32,640 nt of DNA from an uncultured Gammaproteobacteria bacterium (GTDB lineage Bacteria; Patescibacteriota; Microgenomatia; Daviesbacterales; UBA10151), in NCBI GenBank assembly GCA_964432475.1, contig CAYSNN010000003.1:7297-39936 (forward strand), in the 5' to 3' direction. A program made the translations under genes and the position numbers. Shown here one piece after another: positions 26,513 to 32,640 of the stretch (the stretch's first letter is position 1; the number at the start of each line of letters is the position of its first letter). The notes under the pieces were generated by a model. The model saw only the letters and a program-made list of their open reading frames with translations, searched no databases and had not been told where the DNA came from.

Positions 26513-27001
26513 ATGAATTATATAGCCGGAATAATTTTACCTGTAGTTCTATTTATCTTTTTACCAAACTCATCTTTGGTTTATGCTGCTCAGGATATTG
26601 ATTTGCCATCTGTTTTCATACAACCGGGTATGACTTATTATCCAGTTAAAAGATTATTTGAAAATTTGATGGAAAAATTTCAGTTCACAGATGATACAAA
26701 GGCAAAATATTACGAAGATCTTCTTCAAATAAGATTAGCAGAGTTAAAATATATTGTTGATAAAGATTATCTTGATCAAGTGGAAAAATCTACTCAAAGA
26801 GTATCATATCAGGTAGGAATCTTAACAGATTATGTTGTAGGGAAAAAACTAAATAACAAAAAACAAAATTTAGTAAATTTATACAAAGAAGATAAAATTA
26901 TTCTAGAAAAATTAAGAGATAAATATCCTTTTAACTCCAGTTATTGGATGTTTGTTCAGCATATTATTAACTCTATTGATATAAATCAGCAAAAATTTTA
27001 A
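26513..27001 (+). CDS. Small secreted or membrane-anchored helical protein, DUF5667-like
   Basis: The N-terminal hydrophobic signal/anchor is IAGIILPVVLFIFLPNSSLVYA. It is followed by PGMTYYPVKRLFENLMEKFQFTDDTKAKYYEDLLQIRLAELK, which resembles the PGSP.Y.LKR..E.....F......A......A..RL.E signature of DUF5667 proteins (from memory). Confidence 0.5.
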   Translation: MNYIAGIILPVVLFIFLPNSSLVYAAQDIDLPSVFIQPGMTYYPVKRLFENLMEKFQFTDDTKAKYYEDLLQIRLAELKYIVDKDYLDQVEKSTQRVSYQVGILTDYVVGKKLNNKKQNLVNLYKEDKIILEKLRDKYPFNSSYWMFVQHIINSIDINQQKF

Positions 27002-27002
27002 A

Positions 27003-28919
27003 ATGATAAATAAGATTCCCCGCTCACTTCTAATATTTATTGTGATTGTCCCCTTGATCTTTTTTCTCGAATCTAAACTTCTTGCCCCTCACTTAAGATA
27101 CGGTTTTGCAGATGTGGATTGGGGATATCTGTACCAATATAAAATGTTGGGAGAGGCACCTTTTACAAAAATATATGAAGCCTGGAAAGGATCAGGTGTT
27201 TACACATACGGAGCTTATTATATGGGGATTGTTGAGCATTTTTTTCCGATTGATGGTTTTAACTTTGTAGGCATACATAAAGTCAATCACTTTTTTAAAT
27301 TTCTGTCTGCCATAACTTTATTCCCCTTGGTTTTAGCTTTTACAGGCAAAAGATTACTGTCGGCGTTAACGACTATTCTTTATTCTGTTGCTTACTCTTC
27401 AGTAGCACCTTTGTATTCGGCACAGGTTAGTGGTTATTATCTGGGAATAACAGTGATGAATTTATTTGCCGCTTATTATATTTTAATAGTAAAAAATAAT
27501 AAGACCGGGTTATTCTGGTTAATTTTTGGGGCCTTATTGTTCGTTTCAACATTATTCATTGCTACTGAAAGAATGTATCCTTTAATACCTCTGATAGTAT
27601 TGGGGGAGTTATTATGGATGCAAAATCAGAAATTTTCCGGATCAATTGTAAAATCCTCTATAATAAGGCAAATTGCACTTTTTTCTCCTGTAATATTGGT
27701 GTTTTTATTACAGTTGTTCCATGGACCTATTCAATTTGGAGGGGCAACTAGTTTTTTTGCTAATACCAAAGTGATTTTTCAGAAGATAATAGAGGGGAAC
27801 TGGCAGCTTGCGCTGAATCCTCTAATTTCCTTAGCAAGTTTATTTTTCCCAAGAGAATCCTGGGGATTGTTAGGTTCTGACAGATATGCTTTGACTGGAT
27901 TTGGGGAATATATATGGTTCTTTTTAGGACCATTTTTCCCATTCCTTATTTTTATCATCATTTTAAGCTTCCTGATCTTAAAAAAAAGGCGAAGATTTAT
28001 ATTACTGACCTCTATTTTGGCAATTACCTTAGGTATTAAAACCTATATACTGGCAAGTCACCAACTCTCAATAGCTGAAGCTTTAAGACTTTCTTTTGAT
28101 ACCATGTTCTTAAAGCCGGTGCTAATAGGTGTATTTGTCATTTCTTTAACTCTATCATTATTTATTGAATGGTTATTGAATGGTAAAAAAGAAGATTATC
28201 TCCTATATCTTTTTATAGGACCAGCTGTAGCCTTTCTTTTTATTTTTTTGACTTGGCTTCCATCAGACTACACTTTAATTGTTGCAGGAGTTCACAGATA
28301 TTTGGCAGTTGCTGCCATTGCTTCTTCTTTTTTTATTGCTGTACTCATTACGCTTTTTTATGAAAAAATTAACAAGATAAAAGAGTTGCGTCTCTTTTCC
28401 TGGCTCATTTTATTAATCATTATACCCATTATTCAACTCGATTTTTCTATTGTGGGTGCCTATTTTGATCAAGAATTGAATTATTCAGGCATGGATGGAA
28501 TTGAACAAAGCAGGATGAAAGAGAAGCTCCTATCTTATATGGGTGATTTTGACTTGAAAGAGCCTACCTTATTTTATTTTGATGAGCAAGACCGGGAAAA
28601 TGGATATCTTCATGAAACAACAATAATAGCCGGTTTTCCTACCTGGATTAAATTTAGAGGTAAAAGTATGCCACTAGATGGAATTACTCCGGAATATATA
28701 AGAAATGCAGATCTTGGTTCTGAAACGAATGTTTATTGTACAGGAGTTAATGTTGATTGTATGGGTAAACTTAGAAGTTATGTCACTTTGCAAAACGGAG
28801 AAAAAGGTATCTTATATAAGAATGTTTTTTATCCTCCCAATAGATTTTATGCCTTTAGACTGAAAGATAGAGATGTATTAGACATAAAAAGTGAAATTTT
28901 TCAAAAAATGGGTATTTAG
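27003..28919 (+). CDS. Large polytopic membrane protein with a C-terminal soluble domain; possible GT-C-like enzyme
   Basis: 638 aa and starts 1 nt after the upstream stop. TM1 is followed by the loop HLRYGFADVDWGYLYQYKMLGE (acidic DxD-like), at least 12 hydrophobic helices and about 160 aa of hydrophilic C-terminus. I recognise no confident family motif. Confidence 0.4.
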   Translation: MINKIPRSLLIFIVIVPLIFFLESKLLAPHLRYGFADVDWGYLYQYKMLGEAPFTKIYEAWKGSGVYTYGAYYMGIVEHFFPIDGFNFVGIHKVNHFFKFLSAITLFPLVLAFTGKRLLSALTTILYSVAYSSVAPLYSAQVSGYYLGITVMNLFAAYYILIVKNNKTGLFWLIFGALLFVSTLFIATERMYPLIPLIVLGELLWMQNQKFSGSIVKSSIIRQIALFSPVILVFLLQLFHGPIQFGGATSFFANTKVIFQKIIEGNWQLALNPLISLASLFFPRESWGLLGSDRYALTGFGEYIWFFLGPFFPFLIFIIILSFLILKKRRRFILLTSILAITLGIKTYILASHQLSIAEALRLSFDTMFLKPVLIGVFVISLTLSLFIEWLLNGKKEDYLLYLFIGPAVAFLFIFLTWLPSDYTLIVAGVHRYLAVAAIASSFFIAVLITLFYEKINKIKELRLFSWLILLIIIPIIQLDFSIVGAYFDQELNYSGMDGIEQSRMKEKLLSYMGDFDLKEPTLFYFDEQDRENGYLHETTIIAGFPTWIKFRGKSMPLDGITPEYIRNADLGSETNVYCTGVNVDCMGKLRSYVTLQNGEKGILYKNVFYPPNRFYAFRLKDRDVLDIKSEIFQKMGI

Positions 28920-28931
28920 ATAATTTTTTCA

Positions 28932-29825
28932 ATGATGTTAAAAGTTCTGGTCTTTGGAGGAAGCGGATTAGTAGGTTCTAGAATAAAACAACTTTTGGGG
29001 TTTAAGTATCAAATAATTGCTCCTTCTCATCTTCAGGCTGATGTTGCCGATAAAAAGGCAGTAGAACAAATTATAAAAATATCAAAACCCGATTATATTA
29101 TCTATGCGACAGGCCTTAGCAGCGTGGATGAGGCAGCACAGTATCCTAAGTTAGCTTATTTACTGAATGTCCAGGCACCTGGCTTTATTGCAAGGCTCGC
29201 TGTTTCTATTGGTGCTCCTATGCTATATTTTTCTACTGACGCAGTTTTTGATGGCTCCAAAAGTAATAGTCCTTATTTTGAAGACGATAGAACCCATCCA
29301 TTATCTGAATATGGTAATTCAAAGCTTTTAGGAGAACAGGCGGTTATGGAAGCATCTGAAAGAAATTGCATAGCTAGGATTATTATGGTGTATTCACCCG
29401 GATTTACTAAAAGAAAGAGATTTGTACAAATTGCCCTTGAGACTCTTAAAAAAGGAGAAAAGTTTTATGGTGTTTTGGATCAAGTAGTTAACCCGATATA
29501 TGTTGATGATATTGTTTATTCAGTAGACTTATTACTTGAATCCGAGAGTAACGGTATTTATCATTTAGGTGCAAGAGACTATGTTACAAATTATGAATTT
29601 ATTAAAAAATTGGCAAAGGAATTCAATCTAAATGAGAATTTGATAAAAGGAATATCTTTTGAGGAATTTTTTAGAGGGAAGACTCTAAGGACTCAATTTT
29701 GTTGGCTGGATACATCAAAATTCAGGCAGAAATTTGGCGGGAAAATACTTCACTCTGTTGATGAAGGTATCCACCTATTCAAGAAGAATTTAGATCTTTT
29801 AGAAATACCCCAAAAATACCAGTAA
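28932..29825 (+). CDS. RmlD-like NAD(P)H-dependent nucleotide-sugar 4-reductase (RmlD_sub_bind family)
   Basis: VLVFGGSGLVGSRI, STDAVFDG and YGNSKLLGEQAV (compare the YG.SKL.GE of dTDP-4-dehydrorhamnose reductases). The size (~297 aa) fits. The 3' end overlaps the convergent GT2 gene by 76 nt. Confidence 0.7.
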   Translation: MMLKVLVFGGSGLVGSRIKQLLGFKYQIIAPSHLQADVADKKAVEQIIKISKPDYIIYATGLSSVDEAAQYPKLAYLLNVQAPGFIARLAVSIGAPMLYFSTDAVFDGSKSNSPYFEDDRTHPLSEYGNSKLLGEQAVMEASERNCIARIIMVYSPGFTKRKRFVQIALETLKKGEKFYGVLDQVVNPIYVDDIVYSVDLLLESESNGIYHLGARDYVTNYEFIKKLAKEFNLNENLIKGISFEEFFRGKTLRTQFCWLDTSKFRQKFGGKILHSVDEGIHLFKKNLDLLEIPQKYQ

Positions 29826-30505
29826 ATATACTTTGGTAACCACTTTAGAAACTTAAACTTAGATTTACCTGATGATCTTTCTTTCCAGACGGAGGGAGTT
29901 TCTGTAATTTTGAAACCTAAAAAATGAGCTTTAATTAATATTTCCATGGTAAATTCCCAGCCTCCCTGTGACTCGATATTTATTTTTTTCAATATTTTCC
30001 GGTTATACATTTTAAAACCATTGGTTAAGTCTGAAGTGGGAATACCTAAAAGCACAGGTGTGGTCAATCCTGCAAATTTTGAGAGAAGAGATTTAATGAA
30101 GTTTCCTCCCAACTGCTTTCCGTCTTTACAGTAACGTGATGCGCAAACTATGTCGTACCCTGTTTTTGCTAATTCATACATTTTATTGATAGTTTTCGGT
30201 TCATCAGCAAGATCTCCCGGCATTATTACATAAAAATCACCTTTAGCTTTTTTAAATCCGGTTTTACAGGCATTAATTAAGCCGGGTTCGAAAATATTTT
30301 TTATCAGTTTGATATTCTGATATTTTCTTTTAAGCTTTCTTACAACAGGTAAAGTATTATCCTCATCGAAATCGTACACTATTAGCACTTCGTGTTTTAT
30401 ATTAATTGAACTCTCCAGATCATAAATAAATTTTTTTATATTACTACCCTCGTTATAGACAGGCGTAATAACACTTATATATATCTTGTTAAGACTTATA
30501 GGCAT
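29750..30505 (-). CDS. GT2 glycosyltransferase, DPM1/Ppm1-like (putative polyprenyl-phosphate mannose/hexose synthase)
   Basis: ISVITPVYNEGSNI, VYDFDEDNT, MPGDLAD, SDLTNGFKMYNRKIL, WEFTMEILIKAHFLGFKITETPSVWKERSSGKSKF and a hydrophobic, aromatic C-terminal helix. Confidence 0.75.
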   Translation of the reverse strand: MPISLNKIYISVITPVYNEGSNIKKFIYDLESSINIKHEVLIVYDFDEDNTLPVVRKLKRKYQNIKLIKNIFEPGLINACKTGFKKAKGDFYVIMPGDLADEPKTINKMYELAKTGYDIVCASRYCKDGKQLGGNFIKSLLSKFAGLTTPVLLGIPTSDLTNGFKMYNRKILKKINIESQGGWEFTMEILIKAHFLGFKITETPSVWKERSSGKSKFKFLKWLPKYIYWYFWGISKRSKFFLNRWIPSSTE

Positions 30506-30555
30506 AAGTTTATCTTTATAGTCTAGGGTTAATTACAAGAATTAGCAATAGTATT

Positions 30556-30583
30556 TTGAGACTACAAAATTGCAAATTATTAT
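30556..30583 (+). promoter_or_regulatory. Sigma70-like promoter candidate: TTGAGA-16 nt-TATTAT
   Basis: It lies in the 81-nt divergent gap. The -10 ends only 3 nt before the ATG at 30587, so if it is real the dehydrogenase probably initiates at M8 (30608). Confidence 0.25.
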
Positions 30584-30586
30584 GAT

Positions 30587-31954
30587 ATGATTTTGAAAAT
30601 TAAACCAATGCCAAAAAATATTTCCAAAGCTGCTTACGATTTAATTATTATTGGCGGACTTGGCCATGTTGGTCTCCCGTTGGGTTTAACTTTTGCTGAA
30701 AAGGGATTAAAGGTGTGTCTTTATGATATTAACAAAAAGACAGGAGAGATGGTTCGTAAAGGCAAAATGCCCTTTATAGAATACGGGGCACAAGAGATAC
30801 TGGAAAAAGTTTTAAAAAAACAACGATTATCAGTGTCGTTTGATATAAAAGATATTTCTAAAGCTGAATATGTGATAGTAACCCTCGGTACTCCTGTAGA
30901 CGAGCATCTTACCCCTCAAACCCGGGCTTTTTTGGAATTTTTTGTGGGTATAAAAAAACACCTAAGCCCTAATCAGATAATCATTATACGAAGCACTGTC
31001 TATCCGAATACCTGTAAACAATTACTAAGGATGTTTGAGAATGGTAAACAGTGGCATATAGCCTATTGTCCTGAACGTATAACCGAAGGGTATGCAATTT
31101 CGGAATTGAAGGAATTACCTCAAATTGTGGCAGGATTAAGTGATTATGCAGTAGAAAGGGCGTCTGCGCTTTTTAGTGTGATTGCTCCTGTAATTATCAA
31201 GACTTCCATGGGAGAAGCAGAATTAGTTAAGTTATTCTCAAATGCCTGGAGGTATATCCAATTTGCCCTGGCAAATCAGTTTTATATGATCTCCCATAAA
31301 TTTGGAGTTGACTATGAGAGGGTACGTTGGGCTATGAAAGAAGGTTATAAAAGGGCAGCCAGTCTTCCCTCAGCCGGTTTTGCAGCAGGTCCCTGTCTTT
31401 TAAAGGATACAATGCAACTGGCTGCTTTTGATACGAATAATTTTTTATTAGGACATGCAGCCATGATGATAAACGAAGGTCTTCCTAATTTTATAGTGGA
31501 AGAGTTAAAGAGAAGATATGATTTAACTCGAACTAGAGTTGGTATCTTAGGTATGACATTTAAAGCCGATATAGATGATGTCAGGGATTCACTTTCGTAT
31601 AAGCTGGGAAAAATATTAAGATTTAATGGAGCTACCGTTTACTATTCTGATGAGTTTGCTGAAAATCCAGACTTTGTTTCTAAGGAAAAATTGGTCCAGA
31701 ACTCTGATGTAATAATCGTAGCTGTTCCGCACTCAAAATATAAAGGAATGGTTATACCCGAGAATATAGAAGTGGTTGATTTATGGGGAAGTGTTAAGGG
31801 AGGGAGACGGGAAATCCCTCAGGGATATATAAGCCAGGAATATAAAACAATAAATCCATTGATTATGCCTGCAAAAGAGAAATATCCTGGAAATGTTTCA
31901 TTTCAGCATTCAGTAAAGGCAGAAAGGCCCGCTAAATTAACAGGTAATGAGTAA
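30587..31954 (+). CDS. Nucleotide-sugar dehydrogenase (UDP-glucose/GDP-mannose dehydrogenase family) with an extra C-terminal tail
   Basis: LIIIGGLGHVGLPLGLTFAEKG (NAD Rossmann), CPERITEG and AAGPCLLKDT (catalytic Cys region), then LGMTFKADIDDVRDS (C-terminal domain). The start could instead be M8 at 30608. About 50 residues follow the conserved VVDLWG end. Confidence 0.8.
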   Translation: MILKIKPMPKNISKAAYDLIIIGGLGHVGLPLGLTFAEKGLKVCLYDINKKTGEMVRKGKMPFIEYGAQEILEKVLKKQRLSVSFDIKDISKAEYVIVTLGTPVDEHLTPQTRAFLEFFVGIKKHLSPNQIIIIRSTVYPNTCKQLLRMFENGKQWHIAYCPERITEGYAISELKELPQIVAGLSDYAVERASALFSVIAPVIIKTSMGEAELVKLFSNAWRYIQFALANQFYMISHKFGVDYERVRWAMKEGYKRAASLPSAGFAAGPCLLKDTMQLAAFDTNNFLLGHAAMMINEGLPNFIVEELKRRYDLTRTRVGILGMTFKADIDDVRDSLSYKLGKILRFNGATVYYSDEFAENPDFVSKEKLVQNSDVIIVAVPHSKYKGMVIPENIEVVDLWGSVKGGRREIPQGYISQEYKTINPLIMPAKEKYPGNVSFQHSVKAERPAKLTGNE

Positions 31955-32444
31955 GGGTCACAAGAGTACAAACTGGATGAGCGATGAAGAGTACCAGTTG
32001 GTTACCAGCCTGACGCCTATTCCAACAGTCAATTTAGTTATCCTTAGGGGAGAGAAGAAAAAAAGAGAAGTATTATTAATTGTGAGAAAGACAGGATATG
32101 CAAAAGGGAGCTGGTGTATGATTGGAGGAAGGGTTTTCATAGGAGAGACTTTGGAGGATGCTATACAAAGGCATGCAATGGATTTGGCGATCAGGGTTAG
32201 AATTCTTTCGCCATTTAGTCCTAATTTTCCCTCATATATTGATGACAGAGATGACCAGGATAAAACAAAACACCCTTGCAGCATAATTTACCCGGCAGAG
32301 ATAGTGTCCGGTAAAGTACGGGCGGAGGGGGAAGAGTATAAAGGTTATAAGTGGTTTGCCTTAGATAAACTACCTAAAATTGCATACGGACAAAAGCTAC
32401 AGATCAAAAAGACTATTGAAAAATTAAATATAGAAAAAAGCTAA
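31947..32444 (+). CDS. Nudix-fold protein with a degenerate Nudix box, GDP-mannose mannosyl hydrolase (WcaH/NudD)-like
   Basis: 8-nt overlap with the dehydrogenase gene. GGRVFIGETLEDAIQRHAMDLAIRV fits GX5EX7R but replaces the RE..EE glutamates with RH..DL. It resembles my recollection of E. coli GDPMH (GGRVQKDETLEAAFERLTMAELGL). Confidence 0.6.
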   Translation: MSKGHKSTNWMSDEEYQLVTSLTPIPTVNLVILRGEKKKREVLLIVRKTGYAKGSWCMIGGRVFIGETLEDAIQRHAMDLAIRVRILSPFSPNFPSYIDDRDDQDKTKHPCSIIYPAEIVSGKVRAEGEEYKGYKWFALDKLPKIAYGQKLQIKKTIEKLNIEKS

Positions 32445-32482
32445 TTATAATTATATAGTATAGTGCATAAGTATTTAAACAT

Positions 32483-32640
32483 ATGAAAAAGAAAATTGAA
32501 AAACCATTTGTATCTGTTATGATTGCTGCTTTGAATGAAGAAAAAAATATAGGCAGGACTATCAGAGAAACCTTAAAGATCAAGAAATATAAGCTGGAAG
32601 TTTTAGTTGTGCTTGACAGTAAGACAACAGATCATACGGC
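32483..32640 (+). CDS. GT2 glycosyltransferase, N-terminal fragment (runs off the 3' window edge)
   Basis: My translation from the ATG at 32483 is MKKKIEKPFVSVMIAALNEEKNIGRTIRETLKIKKYKLEVLVVLDSKTTDHT. This is the classic GT2 beta1-alpha1-beta2 start. The frame is open to the end of the window. Confidence 0.7.
   Translation, partial: MKKKIEKPFVSVMIAALNEEKNIGRTIRETLKIKKYKLEVLVVLDSKTTDHT

Noticed and set aside
607-30134. Other short track ORFs nested in larger genes. Antisense: 607-810, 4069-4350, 8971-9162, 11025-11243, 12541-12726, 17962-18165, 20858-21079, 23495-23719, 24736-24963, 25023-25244, 27760-27961 and 29946-30134. Out-of-frame on the same strand: 5034-5219, 6425-6616, 16027-16230, 23276-23473 and 25458-25664.
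   Set aside because: All are 60-93 aa and fully embedded in long ORFs with strong family motifs. None has independent signals, so I treat them as spurious.
31958-32284. 108-aa ORF antisense to the Nudix gene
   Set aside because: It lies entirely within, and opposite to, a gene with clear Nudix-fold motifs. It has no recognisable motifs, start context or promoter, and its composition is typical of an antisense shadow ORF in AT-rich DNA.
1-32640. Alternative genetic code (UGA recoding, as in some CPR lineages)
   Set aside because: TGA terminates several well-supported ORFs exactly at ATGA/GTGA junctions with the next gene (for example 3666-3668, 7084-7086, 8154-8156, 17720-17722, 19562-19564 and 20722-20724). 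All family-recognisable proteins have normal lengths under code 11.
1-32640. CRISPR arrays, tRNA/rRNA genes, IS elements, integrases, toxin-antitoxin pairs or defence-system genes
   Set aside because: Coding density leaves no room for an RNA gene or repeat array: the largest non-coding gaps are 62-81 nt. No product shows nuclease, recombinase, transposase or ATPase motifs.

Overview
AT-rich window with almost no non-coding DNA. I accept 29 ORFs as genes, 25 on + and 4 on -. I saw no rRNA, tRNA, CRISPR, IS or phage signatures and no convincing intrinsic terminators. TGA is used as a stop codon (several ATGA start/stop overlaps), so this is the standard bacterial code. The whole window is one very large glycan-assembly island. 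It holds six full-length, mutually divergent GT-C fold (GT39/ArnT/PMT_2-like) membrane glycosyltransferase paralogs and two truncated relatives. It also holds at least three more GT-C-like polytopic proteins (one long-loop PMT_2-like, one PIG-V-like, one orphan) and a possible fourth (638 aa). There are eight GT2 genes: three KdtX/WaaE-like and four or five DPM1/ALG5/GtrB-like putative polyprenyl-phosphate-sugar synthases. The rest are three GT4 genes (one ALG11-like), a Wzx/MOP-type flippase and a nucleotide-sugar block: extended-SDR epimerase/dehydratase, RmlD-like reductase, NDP-sugar dehydrogenase and a GDP-mannose-mannosyl-hydrolase-like Nudix protein. The best candidate for something undescribed is a lipid-carrier-dependent, extracytoplasmic glycosylation assembly line. 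It is built around the expanded GT-C family, which carries a shared C-terminal WQYGY module that I cannot assign to a known family. The window contains no classical priming transferase, Wzy, Wzz or ABC exporter. Base composition, gene packing, weak Shine-Dalgarno usage, a DUF5667-like protein and the GT39 expansion suggest a Candidate Phyla Radiation / Patescibacteria-like bacterium; this is inference only. All family calls come from motif recognition by eye, because no searches could be run.
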